DNA of 56,122 nt from Candidatus Woesearchaeota archaeon (GCA_023246445.1 JAHFIJ010000002.1:1-56122), one strand, 5' to 3'. Positions 19,242 through 27,964 are shown, counted from the stretch's first letter. Numbers and translations: made by a program. Notes: generated from the sequence alone by a model not told the origin.

Positions 19242-19500
19242 GGGGCGCTTATATACTTTGCTGTCGTAGAGTTTAGTAGAAGCTTTAGGACAAACTCTTC
19301 GCCAATTTTTGCTCAACTTCATTTCGCAAAAACCGTTGCACTTTGGCTCAGGTTTTTCTTCGAAAAACGAATAGCGCAGGTTGTCCCACAAACATCTCTA
19401 AAAATTATTTTTAGCATCTTTTGGCTGCTTTTAACCCAACTTTGACACTTCCTGTCTGGGAACCTAAAATTTAGCCCTTATGGACAAATTTGTGTGGACG
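19242..19500. repeat. GC-enriched non-coding segment R2, relative of R1 (340-640)
   Basis: Blocks GTTGCACT (19335-19342), TGTCCC (19382-19387) and AATTATTTTT (19403-19412) occur in the same order and with similar spacing as in R1. Confidence 0.3.
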
Positions 19501-19561
19501 AAAACACAAATATTTTTTATTTGTTTAATATGGGAAAGTTTATTTTTAGTTCAAAAAATAT

Positions 19562-20049
19562 TTACCTCGATTCTTTTAGTATATCTGTCAGCAAATGTTT
19601 CTTTTCCTTGCCAAGATTAAGATCGATTATTTTAATTGTTTCCAGCTCATTTATCACTTTCCTTGCTGTTTGTTTTGTAAACCTCTCAATTATGCATTCT
19701 ATAAGGAAAGCCAATACACAGATAAAAACATGAGCCCTTACTCTTCTTTCCTCGTAGTGATATATGGGTCTTATATCCAGGAAGTTTTTTATTTCACAAA
19801 AAGCATTCTCTACAATTTGGAGTTCTTTGTAAGATTTCATTGCTTCTTTTGGTTCTAAGTTTGTATTTGTTACTAATAAGAACTTGCCTGCTATTTTCTT
19901 TTCATATTCATAATTCTCTTTATTTAAAGAGAATTTAAAATTATCTGCAAAGTTTAAATCAAATAGTCTTTTGTTTTTTCCAAGTAAATTATTAGCTTGT
20001 AAAATTAAAGCTTCTTTTTTTATGTTCTTTTTTTGTAGTTCATTTAATT
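19562..20049 (-). mobile_element. IS4/IS1634-like DDE transposase, C-terminal remnant
   Basis: Open frame ...KEAMKSYKELQIVENAFCEIKNFLDIRPIYHYEERRVRAHVFICVLAFL... is the conserved C-terminal block of this transposase type. Only ~160 codons remain and the catalytic N-terminal part is missing. Confidence 0.7.
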
Positions 20050-20299
20050 TCTAGTTTTTCTATTTCTTTAGTTGATAACAAGAATAATCACCTTCTTCCC
20101 AAGATGCTCTTTTGGAGCATCTATTTTTGCACCAGTACCAAATTTGGTAATAGTGTGCTCAAAATATCCTACTATATTTTTTACAGTTATTTCATTTGTT
20201 GCATGGGTTTTTATTCTTCTCATAATATATATCTAATACATATTAAGTATTAATTGATTTCTGTGTTCAAGAATATAGATTAAAAAGCTTTAAACAACT

Positions 20300-20419
20300 A
20301 AGTAATTGATAATAATTAGTTTTAAAAAGTCTGTTTTTCAAGGTTTTAAGATGGAAAATGAGCAAATTATAGAGGTTAGGGAATCTAAGCATAGTAAAAT
20401 AGGGTATATTAAGGATAAA
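20300..20419 (+). repeat. Direct repeat copy 2: functional secE promoter and 5' coding end
   Basis: 116/120 identical to 17451-17570 and continuous with intact secE. Confidence 0.9.
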
Positions 20420-20587
20420 TTGAAAAGCTTTTTAAGGGAATGTTTTAGAGTCTTACAGTTAACTAAGAAGCCAACCAAGGAAGAATTCAAAATAATTATA
20501 AAGGTTTCTTTGATAGGAATAGCGTTAATAGGCTTAATAGGGTTTTTAGTCCTATTGTTTAGCCAATTAATAAAAGGATTAATATGA
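20351..20587 (+). CDS. secE: Protein translocase subunit SecE (Sec61-gamma)
   Basis: KPTKEEF is followed by a single TM (IIIKVSLIGIALIGLIGFLVLLF). It holds the conserved position upstream of spt5-rpl11. ATG is at 20351. Confidence 0.85.
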   Translation: MENEQIIEVRESKHSKIGYIKDKLKSFLRECFRVLQLTKKPTKEEFKIIIKVSLIGIALIGLIGFLVLLFSQLIKGLI

Positions 20588-21090
20588 CAGAACAAATTGT
20601 AGAAGAAAGCCCAAAGATATATGCTTTAAGAACAACTGCAAATAGAGAGGATCAGGTATTTGATTTTATAATAGCTAATTTAGGAAAGAAAAATTTAGAG
20701 GTTTATAGCCTATTAAGACCTCATAGTTTAAGGGGGTATATATTTGTTGAGGCTAAGGATTTTGAAAATGTGGAAGAGGCTGCTTCTGGTGTTCCTTATG
20801 CAAGAGGAGTATTGCCCAGAACTGTTAATTATTCAGAGATAGAACATATGTTAGAACAGGTTAAATCTGCAGTTGCTATACAAAAGAATGATATTGTTGA
20901 GATAATATCCGGCCCATTTAAAAGAGAAAAGGCTAAGATAACAAGGATAGATACCCAAAAAGAGGAAGTTGTAGTTGAATTATTAGAATCTGCTGTTCCA
21001 ATTCCATTAACATTAAAAATAGATTCTGTGAAGGTTATAAGAAGAGAATCCGAGGAAGGAGAAAGCGAAGAGGATAAGAAAGAGGAATAA
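20584..21090 (+). CDS. spt5: Transcription elongation factor Spt5 (NusG)
   Basis: NGN domain (IYALRTTANREDQV, GYIFVEA) plus KOW (IVEIISGPFKREKAKITRID). ATGA overlap with secE. Confidence 0.9.
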   Translation: MTEQIVEESPKIYALRTTANREDQVFDFIIANLGKKNLEVYSLLRPHSLRGYIFVEAKDFENVEEAASGVPYARGVLPRTVNYSEIEHMLEQVKSAVAIQKNDIVEIISGPFKREKAKITRIDTQKEEVVVELLESAVPIPLTLKIDSVKVIRRESEEGESEEDKKEE

Positions 21091-21091
21091 A

Positions 21092-21874
21092 ATGGCAGAT
21101 GAAAAAATAGAATTTATGGTGGAAGGTGGAAAGGCTGCTGCTAATGCTCAAATTAGTCAAAAATTAGGACCGATGAAGATTAATATAGCTGAGGTTATGA
21201 AAAAGATTAATGAAAAAACTTCTGATATGAGTGGGATGCAGGTTCCTGTAAAATTACTAATTGATATTAAGACTAAAGAATATAAGATCGATATTGGAAC
21301 ACCACCTGTTGCTGAATTAATCAAAAAAGAATTAAGTTTGGAAAAAGGATCTGCAACTCCAAATACTGAAAAAAAAGGAAATTTAGGCTTTGAACAAATA
21401 ATTAAAATCGCTAAAATAAAACAAGCCTCTATGTTTACTAACAGTTTGAAATCTGCTGTTAAATCAGTTATAGGGAGCGCTGCTAGCATGGGTGTTTTGG
21501 TTGAGGGCAAGACTCCTTTAGAAATAAATCCTGAAGTTATAAATGGACAATATGATACTATGATTAAGGAAGAGAAAACTGAAATCAGTGCTGATAAAAA
21601 AGAATTATTAAATAAGCAACTGGAAGAAGTTAATAAAAGATTAAAGAAAGAGTTAGAGAGATTAAAGGCTGAAGAAGAGGCTGAGAAGGCTGCTGTTGTT
21701 GCTCCTACTGCAGAAGTCAAGGTAGAGGGTGAGGTTAAGGCTGAGGGAGAAGCTGGAAAATCTGAAGCTGGAAAGATTGCTCCAGGTGTTGAAGTCAAGG
21801 CCGGAGCTAAGCCTGAAGCTGGAAAGACTGAAGCTAAAAAACCAGAAGCCAAGCCTGAAGCAAAGAAGAAATAA
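21092..21874 (+). CDS. rpl11: Ribosomal protein uL11 with ~100-aa K/E/A-rich C-terminal tail
   Basis: GGKAAANAQISQKLGPMKINI and TPPVAELIKKE. From about residue 160 onward there is a coiled-coil-like then AEGEAGKSEAGK...KPEAKPEAKKK tail. Confidence 0.9.
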   Translation: MADEKIEFMVEGGKAAANAQISQKLGPMKINIAEVMKKINEKTSDMSGMQVPVKLLIDIKTKEYKIDIGTPPVAELIKKELSLEKGSATPNTEKKGNLGFEQIIKIAKIKQASMFTNSLKSAVKSVIGSAASMGVLVEGKTPLEINPEVINGQYDTMIKEEKTEISADKKELLNKQLEEVNKRLKKELERLKAEEEAEKAAVVAPTAEVKVEGEVKAEGEAGKSEAGKIAPGVEVKAGAKPEAGKTEAKKPEAKPEAKKK

Positions 21875-21949
21875 AATTTTCTTTAAATAGATTTATAAAT
21901 ATTAATTTTAGAGATTTTAATAGGTGGGTATTAAAGTTATTTACAAGAT

Positions 21950-22088
21950 GGGACCTTTAAAATGGCATCTAGTTGTATTATAACTTGGTTAGTATTCCAC
22001 CCTTGGGTATAGCTTTTCTTTTGGGGAAAACCCTGGAAAAGAAGAATAAAGAAAGGTGGAGATCCCGGTTCAAATCCGGGCAACCCCA
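21950..22088 (+). tRNA. tRNA-Pro(UGG), canonical 37/38 intron plus probable acceptor-stem 3/4 intron
   Basis: The 3' two thirds are clear: anticodon arm CCACC-CTTGGG[intron 22008-22053]A-GGTGG, T arm CCCGG-TTCAAAT-CCGGG, and 3' acceptor CAACCCC+A. The 5' acceptor GGGGTTG is only obtained by joining GGG (21950-21952) to GTTG (21972-21975). Confidence 0.7.
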
Positions 22089-22221
22089 TTTTATTAAATG
22101 TGCACTAGTTCAATAGATATAGCATTTTTTTATTCTTATTTTTTAATCTCCTTTAAAAACATTGAAACGTAAACCTTATAAATGTGGTGTAAGGGTTAAA
22201 TAGAATCTAGAAGGTATTAAA

Positions 22222-22434
22222 ATGAGTTCAACAAAAACAGTCAAATCAACAGGAAGATATGGTGTAAGGTATGGCTTAACTATAAGACACAGGGTTTTAG
22301 AGGTTGAGAAGACACAGAGAAAAAAACAAAAATGCCCTTACTGTGGAAGATTAAAGGCAAAAAGAATTTCAACTGGTATCTTTGAATGTGGAAAATGCAA
22401 TGCAAAATTTACCGGGAAGGCATATGAGGTTTAA
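22222..22434 (+). CDS. rpl37ae: Ribosomal protein eL43 (L37Ae)
   Basis: GRYGVRYG and the zinc ribbon CPYCGRLKAKRISTGIFECGKCNAKF. Confidence 0.92.
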   Translation: MSSTKTVKSTGRYGVRYGLTIRHRVLEVEKTQRKKQKCPYCGRLKAKRISTGIFECGKCNAKFTGKAYEV

Positions 22435-22436
22435 TA

Positions 22437-22574
22437 ATGGCAACTTACAAATGTTTTAGCTGTGAAAAAGTTATAAAAAAGGAATATATAAAGAAGAAAA
22501 TAAGATGCCCTTACTGCGGTTCTAAGATTTTATATAAGCCAAGAGATGTCGAGACTATAATCAAGGCGGATTAA
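22437..22574 (+). CDS. rpoP: RNA polymerase subunit P (Rpo12)
   Basis: 45-aa zinc ribbon MATYKCFSCEKV...IRCPYCGSKILYKPR. Below the ORF-track cutoff. In the conserved position after rpl37ae. Confidence 0.8.
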   Translation: MATYKCFSCEKVIKKEYIKKKIRCPYCGSKILYKPRDVETIIKAD

Positions 22575-22575
22575 A

Positions 22576-22905
22576 ATGACTCAAAAAGAAATTGAAGACA
22601 AAATAGAACAATTGCAATTATTTGAGCAAAATATTCAGGCTTTATTAATGCAGAAACAGTCATTTCAAAGCCAATTATTAGAGGTTGAAAATAGTTTAGA
22701 GGAGTTAAATAAGACAAGGGATAAACCTTACAGGATTATTGGACCTATAATGGTATTGAGTGATAAAGAAGAATTAAAAAAAGAATTAAAAGGCAAAAAA
22801 GAAGTATTAGATTTAAGAATTAACAGTCTTGATAAACAAGAAACTGAGATAAGAGCCAAGGCTAAAGAATTACAAGAAGAGGTTGTAAAATCACTTAAAA
22901 AGTAA
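22576..22905 (+). CDS. pfdB: Prefoldin beta subunit
   Basis: Two coiled-coil arms flank a central hairpin (YRIIGPIMVLSDKEE). Confidence 0.85.
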   Translation: MTQKEIEDKIEQLQLFEQNIQALLMQKQSFQSQLLEVENSLEELNKTRDKPYRIIGPIMVLSDKEELKKELKGKKEVLDLRINSLDKQETEIRAKAKELQEEVVKSLKK

Positions 22906-22927
22906 AATAAATTTCTTAGGGAGAAAA

Positions 22928-23188
22928 ATGGAAGGAATTAAAATGGGTATGCAGATTGATGATGTGATTTTTAAATTAGATCAATTAGGCGCTGATGATA
23001 CTATTCCCAGAAGTGTAAGAAAGAAATTGAGAGATGAAAGCAATGTGTTAAAAGAAGATGGAATGGAGTTAAATGTTAAGGTTAATAGGTTATTGGCTGT
23101 TTTAGATGAGCTGTCAACGAATCCCAGTGTTTCTTCTGACATAAGAGCGCAAATATGGTATTTGGTTAGTATTTTGGAATCTATGTGA
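22928..23188 (+). CDS. UPF0147-family archaeal protein
   Basis: TIPRSVRKKL...STNPSVSSDIRAQIWYLVSILE matches the family pattern as remembered. Confidence 0.75.
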   Translation: MEGIKMGMQIDDVIFKLDQLGADDTIPRSVRKKLRDESNVLKEDGMELNVKVNRLLAVLDELSTNPSVSSDIRAQIWYLVSILESM

Positions 23189-23248
23189 AGGTTTATAGAA
23201 AAGCTTATAAATTAAATAGCCTAAAATTCTTAAGTAAAAGGTGCATAA

Positions 23249-23668
23249 ATGTCAATATTCTCAAGAGTGTTCGGAAGCGGAAAGGTTGAGAAGGTCAATA
23301 CTGAGTTAAAGGACGAAGATTATTTAGAATTAGATAATGTAACTGAAAAGATTGGAAAATCTAAAATCTTGGTTAAGTCATTTATGATACGGGAATTTGG
23401 GGATATAAAAGAGCCCATAGATGCTTTAAGAGAGGGTTATACAATTTCTTTAATTAATATCAAGCCATTAAAAGATAAAGATTTAGTTGAATTAAAAAGA
23501 ACAATTTCTAAATTAAAAAAAGTGTGTGATGCTATAGAAGGAGATATAGCTGGTTTTGGAGAAGACTGGATTGTTGCTACTCCCTCATTTGCTGAAGTAT
23601 TTAGAGCTGGTGCAAAACCTACTGTCTCTAAAGAAATTAAAACTGAAGTTAAGGATGATGATTTTTAA
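23249..23668 (+). CDS. sepF: Cell division protein SepF homolog
   Basis: DYLELD, ILVKSFMIREFGDIKEPIDALREGYTISLINIKPL and IAGFGEDWIVATP (SepF/DUF552 layout). Confidence 0.75.
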   Translation: MSIFSRVFGSGKVEKVNTELKDEDYLELDNVTEKIGKSKILVKSFMIREFGDIKEPIDALREGYTISLINIKPLKDKDLVELKRTISKLKKVCDAIEGDIAGFGEDWIVATPSFAEVFRAGAKPTVSKEIKTEVKDDDF

Positions 23669-23715
23669 GATCTTTTTGAAAACTTTTATAAACTTAACTA
23701 CTAATAAACTTTTTA

Positions 23716-24237
23716 ATGGATAAACTAGAAAATCAAAACTGTCCTTTTTGCCATGAAAAGAAATTAATGTTAACACAGGAAGAAATAGAAATTCCTTATT
23801 TTGGAAAGACTTTTTTGTTTGGGATGCAATGTTCCGGCTGTGGTTACGATGAATCAGATATTGAAGCGGATGAACCTAAAGAACCTTCTAAATATGTTTT
23901 AGAAACCAGCGGTGAGGAAGATATGAAAATAAGAGTTGTTAAAAGTTCTCAAGCTACTGTTAAAATTCCTACTTTGAAAATGGAAGTTAAGCCGGGGCCT
24001 ATTTCAGAAGGTTATGTTAGTAATGTTGAGGGAGTGTTAGACCGATTTAAAAAAATTATTGAAGAGCAAAGAGACTTAAGTGAAGATGAGGATGTGAAAC
24101 AAAATGCCAAAAATTTACTTAAAAAATTATGGAAGGTTAAGTTAGGAGATATTCCAATAAAACTGATAATTGAGGATCCTTCAGGAAATTCTGCTATTAT
24201 ATCTCCTAAAGCTAAGATTGAGAAATTGAAGGTATAG
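23716..24237 (+). CDS. ZPR1-type zinc-finger protein
   Basis: CPFCHEKKL...CSGCGY zinc ribbon followed by a ZPR1-like beta domain. Confidence 0.75.
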   Translation: MDKLENQNCPFCHEKKLMLTQEEIEIPYFGKTFLFGMQCSGCGYDESDIEADEPKEPSKYVLETSGEEDMKIRVVKSSQATVKIPTLKMEVKPGPISEGYVSNVEGVLDRFKKIIEEQRDLSEDEDVKQNAKNLLKKLWKVKLGDIPIKLIIEDPSGNSAIISPKAKIEKLKV

Positions 24238-24268
24238 TTTTAAAAAGATTTAGTTTCTATTTAATTAG

Positions 24269-24928
24269 ATGAAAGTCTTGTTTGTGCCGACGTATGTGAA
24301 ATTAGAGATCTTACCTAGTTTAAGAAATGTTAAAACTAAAGAGAAAAGATTAGGGGTAATAACAACTGCACAATTTGTTAATCAATTGGATAAAATTTGT
24401 GAGAATTTAAAAGGAAGCGTTAAAGGCGGACAAATATTAGGGTGTAATGTAGAAAGCGCCAAAAAGATTTTAAATAATGTTGATGCATTTTTGTATATTG
24501 GTTTAGGAATGTTTCATCCCTGGGCTTTAACAGTTTTAAATAAGCCCGTTTACATATTAAATCCACTAACTAAAGAATTTAAAAAAATAAGTGAAGAAGA
24601 AATTGAAAAATATAGGAAGGAAAGAAAAGGCAAAATATTAAGATTTATACATGCTAAAACTGTTGGATTATTAGTAAGTGTTAAGCCATTACAGCAGAAT
24701 TTAAGGAAAGCTTTGGAGCTGAAAGACTCTATTATCGGCAAAAAAGTTTATATTTTTGTTTCTGATAATCTAAATGAAAGACAGTTAGAGGATTTTAAAG
24801 GGATAGACAGCTGGGTTAATACTGCCTGCCCGAGAATTGAAGGGGAGAAAATATTAAATTATTCTGAAATTCCTGAGAAATATTTAAAGAAAAAGATTCT
24901 ATACAGTTATTTGGAAGGGAGTGAGTGA
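24269..24928 (+). CDS. dph2: Diphthamide synthase Dph2-like protein, unusually short (219 aa)
   Basis: GVITTAQF, ILGCN, VGLLVSVKP and NTACPRI. The N-terminal domain of typical ~340-aa archaeal Dph2 seems to be missing. Confidence 0.6.
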   Translation: MKVLFVPTYVKLEILPSLRNVKTKEKRLGVITTAQFVNQLDKICENLKGSVKGGQILGCNVESAKKILNNVDAFLYIGLGMFHPWALTVLNKPVYILNPLTKEFKKISEEEIEKYRKERKGKILRFIHAKTVGLLVSVKPLQQNLRKALELKDSIIGKKVYIFVSDNLNERQLEDFKGIDSWVNTACPRIEGEKILNYSEIPEKYLKKKILYSYLEGSE

Positions 24929-25620
24929 TGTTTTATTTTGAATATTAATTTAACTGTCAAGAATTGTATTAAGACTGCTAAAACAGTTAATTTAAAGCTT
25001 TGAAATTTAAATGTAATAAATAAAGAGGTTAATAAAAAATAAATAAATATAACTGAATTTCTTTCTAAAAACTTTAATTTGCTGTAGTTTGGATTAGACT
25101 CACCAATTGTTTTTATTTTTCCTTTTAAATGTAAAATGTTAAATGGATAAAGCCAATTAATTCCTGAAACTGTAAAGGAATCCTGCAATAGATGAGTAAA
25201 GCAACCTAAAAAAATTCCCATAGTGAAAAATAAGATTGAATTTCCCAGATAAACTGATAATAGTAAGGAAATTATAAGCCAATTGAACGATATTATTAAT
25301 ATTCCAAGTAAAGAATGCCATAAACCTCTATGGGAGATGTTTAATTTCCAAAAGAATAATTTTAATACCCAAGATAAAGGTTTTAAAGTAAATCTTGTTA
25401 ATTTTCCTGAAAATCTTAAAGTAAAATAAATTAATCTTCTTAATGGCTTTTTTGATTTAATATTTAATAAGTAACTATTATTTGCATCTATGGCGTCCGG
25501 GAGCAAAGAGCCTGTAATTAAACCTGAAATTAAGATTAAAAGCACTAAACTGAGATTAAAGAATTTTAAGAAGGGTAAAACTAGTAGTAATGTTATTAAG
25601 ATATGGTATTTTCCTAGCAT
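24907..25620 (-). CDS. Membrane-bound metal-dependent hydrolase (YdjM/DUF457-like)
   Basis: Multi-TM protein with HRGLWHS and HLLQDSFT. Confidence 0.65.
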   Translation of the reverse strand: MLGKYHILITLLLVLPFLKFFNLSLVLLILISGLITGSLLPDAIDANNSYLLNIKSKKPLRRLIYFTLRFSGKLTRFTLKPLSWVLKLFFWKLNISHRGLWHSLLGILIISFNWLIISLLLSVYLGNSILFFTMGIFLGCFTHLLQDSFTVSGINWLYPFNILHLKGKIKTIGESNPNYSKLKFLERNSVIFIYFLLTSLFITFKFQSFKLTVLAVLIQFLTVKLIFKIKHHSLPSK

Positions 25621-25674
25621 TTTGACCTCTTTTAATAAGATAAATTTAAAAAGTATATAAATTTAAAGTATTTT

Positions 25675-27171
25675 ATGCAAAACGAGAGATTATATAATGA
25701 AATTTTAGAATTAGCGTCAAGGAAAAGCATATTTTACCCATCAAGTGAGATTTATAATGCTCCTGCCGGGTTTTGGAGTTTTGGGCCTGTAGGAGAGAGT
25801 ATAAGAAGAAAAGTAATTGATTTCTGGAGGAAAGAGTTTGTGCAGAAGAATGAGATGCTTGAGATTGATGGGTGTATAACTATGCCTGAAGATGTTTTTA
25901 AGGCATCAGGGCATTTGACTTCTTTTGTTGATCCTGAGGTTGTCTGTGGAAAGTGTAAATCAAGATTTAGAGCTGATAAATTATTAAGTGATAAGCTGAA
26001 CAAACTAATCCCAGAATCTTTAAGCTTAAGTGAATTTAATGCAATGATGAAAAAAAATAATATTAAATGCCCTTCCTGTAAAGAGGAATTAAGTGAAGTC
26101 AAGAAAAGCTCTTTAATGGTGCAAAGCAATATTAGGGGTGAAAAGAACTTTTATTTAAGACCTGAAGCTTGCCAATCTATATTCTTAGATTTTTTAAGAA
26201 TGTGCAAAACTATGAGAGTAACATTACCTAAAGGAATTGCACAAATTGGGAAAGCCTTTAGAAATGAAATTTCTCCAAGACAGTCTATTTTAAGATCCGT
26301 AGAATTTATGCAAATGGAAGCTGAAATATTTTTTAATCCCGAGAAGATAAATGATATTGAAGATTTTAAATCAGTTGAGAATTATAAGTTAAGGATTTTA
26401 AGAGCTGGTAAGGAAGATGTAGAGGAAATAAGCTGCAAGGATTTAGTTAATAAAAGATTTATATCTGGTAAATTACTATGCTATTATTTGGCTAAAGAAC
26501 AGCAGTTTTATGAAAAGCTGGGAATTTCAAGAGATAAAATGAGATTCAGGGAATTAAGCAAGGAAGATAGGGCTTTTTATGCTAAAGAGTCTTTTGATTT
26601 TGAGGTTTTAACTTCTATTGGATGGCTGGAATTAAGCGCTAACAATAACAGACAGGATCATGATCTAAAAGAGCATGGTTCCGGAAGTGGGCAGGATTTG
26701 AGTTTTACTGAAGATAAGAAATTTATTCCTTACGTATTTGAAGTTTCTATTGGAGTTGATAGAACTTTGTATGCTGTTTTAGAATTGGGCTTTGTTAAAG
26801 AGAAGGATAGAAATGTATTAAAATTAAATCCAAGATTAAGCCCTTATGATGTTGCCGTGTTTCCTTTAGTTAACAAAGATGGAATGGATAAAAAAGCTAA
26901 AGAGGTTGTTAAAATATTGAAAGATAATTTGTATGAAGTGTTTTATGATGATTCTGGAAGTGTAGGAAGAAGATACAGAAGAATGGACGAAATTGGCGTT
27001 AAGGTTTGCATTACAATTGACGGGGTTAGCTTGAAAAAGAATGATTGCACGCTAAGAGATAGAGATTCAATGAAGCAGATCAGAGTTAAAATTGATGATT
27101 TACCCTGTGTTTTAAATAATATTATTGTTTTTAATAAAGATTTAGAAGAGTTTGGAAAATTTGTTAATTAA
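25675..27171 (+). CDS. glyS: Glycyl-tRNA synthetase (archaeal/eukaryotic alpha2 type)
   Basis: Class II motifs (AFRNEISPR, SIGVDRTLYA) and a C-terminal anticodon-binding domain. Confidence 0.93.
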   Translation: MQNERLYNEILELASRKSIFYPSSEIYNAPAGFWSFGPVGESIRRKVIDFWRKEFVQKNEMLEIDGCITMPEDVFKASGHLTSFVDPEVVCGKCKSRFRADKLLSDKLNKLIPESLSLSEFNAMMKKNNIKCPSCKEELSEVKKSSLMVQSNIRGEKNFYLRPEACQSIFLDFLRMCKTMRVTLPKGIAQIGKAFRNEISPRQSILRSVEFMQMEAEIFFNPEKINDIEDFKSVENYKLRILRAGKEDVEEISCKDLVNKRFISGKLLCYYLAKEQQFYEKLGISRDKMRFRELSKEDRAFYAKESFDFEVLTSIGWLELSANNNRQDHDLKEHGSGSGQDLSFTEDKKFIPYVFEVSIGVDRTLYAVLELGFVKEKDRNVLKLNPRLSPYDVAVFPLVNKDGMDKKAKEVVKILKDNLYEVFYDDSGSVGRRYRRMDEIGVKVCITIDGVSLKKNDCTLRDRDSMKQIRVKIDDLPCVLNNIIVFNKDLEEFGKFVN

Positions 27172-27205
27172 TAAATCTTTTAAATGCTTATAAAACCTGC
27201 AACTG

Positions 27206-27691
27206 ATGTTAAGATGTCCAAGAAATAAGCTTGAGGAGAGTTTAGTTAGAGCACCTTATTTTACTTCTTATTTTAGAAAGAAGATAATTTCTACAGTTAG
27301 AGAAAATGGGTGTTTTTATGATCTGGTTGATTTTGAATTATATTTCATAAGGGCTGTTGCATCAAGAGATGTTCCTGATCTTGCAGTTTTTGGAAAAGAC
27401 CAATCAACCAAGTTGTTTGCAATAAGAGAAATGTGGGACTGGACTGAATATTTTGAAGATGAGGTTGAACCGATGACAAATACCCAAAAAAATTTCATTT
27501 TTGCTAAAATACCCCTTTCTGAAATTGTTGGTGGTTTGTTTCGTGGATGTTTGGATAGATTAAATTTTGAAGGTGTAAAAGATATATCTTTTGTTAGGTT
27601 TAACCCTATTGCTTTTGATATTGATGAATATGATTCTATTGTTGGTAAGATTGTTTTTATAGCTTACGGTAATGCTTTATTTAGAAGATAA
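27206..27691 (+). CDS. Hypothetical protein, paralog A of 28043-28549
   Basis: Shares KLEE.L, Y.IR.VAS, F.RF and GK.VF...G.AL.RR (C-terminus) with 28043-28549. Confidence 0.55.
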   Translation: MLRCPRNKLEESLVRAPYFTSYFRKKIISTVRENGCFYDLVDFELYFIRAVASRDVPDLAVFGKDQSTKLFAIREMWDWTEYFEDEVEPMTNTQKNFIFAKIPLSEIVGGLFRGCLDRLNFEGVKDISFVRFNPIAFDIDEYDSIVGKIVFIAYGNALFRR

Positions 27692-27964
27692 TTAAATTTG
27701 TATTAATTGTTTTTTTCTTATTTTGTATAAGCCTTCAATAAAATCTGTTCCTGCATAGCCTGCCAGTAAAGATAATTTTAAGTCATTTGGAAAGAATAAA
27801 CCTGCAAATAAACCAATGATGCCTGAGGCTATTAAAGTGAATATAATTGCCTGTAATTTAAAACCCTTAATTTTAGGATCTAGCTTGTATTTAAGAAAGC
27901 CAACACAAGCTCTTGCTATGCCCCCGATAAGACCAAATAAAGCTGCTTGTATATATGGTTCCAT
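27692..27964 (-). CDS. Small three-TM membrane protein
   Basis: 90 aa with three hydrophobic helices rich in Gly/Ala. Located between the two paralogs. Confidence 0.5.
   Translation of the reverse strand: MEPYIQAALFGLIGGIARACVGFLKYKLDPKIKGFKLQAIIFTLIASGIIGLFAGLFFPNDLKLSLLAGYAGTDFIEGLYKIRKKQLIQI

Larger units (their letters stand above)
17571..20419. mobile_element. Putative integrated cassette 1 (cargo plus secE-restoring repeat)
   Basis: 2849-bp unit bounded by the 120-nt direct repeats. Carries an AdoHcyase-like gene, a Nudix gene, GC-rich segment R2 and a transposase remnant. Confidence 0.45.

Noticed and set aside
17451-20419. Diversity-generating retroelement (template/variable repeat) as an explanation for the direct repeats
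   Set aside because: Mismatches between copies are not adenine-specific (A/G, G/A, C/T mixed), no reverse transcriptase is present, and the repeats are gene termini rather than C-terminal variable regions.
21157-21852. 231-aa ORF antisense to rpl11. Similar antisense or shadow ORFs include 1045-1542, 3035-3310, 25752-26129, 41274-41603, 49272-49601, 36268-36561 and 11360-11653.
   Set aside because: They lie opposite strongly supported genes, are Ser/Phe/Leu/Ile-rich low-complexity translations typical of AT-rich or repeat antisense frames, and have no motifs.
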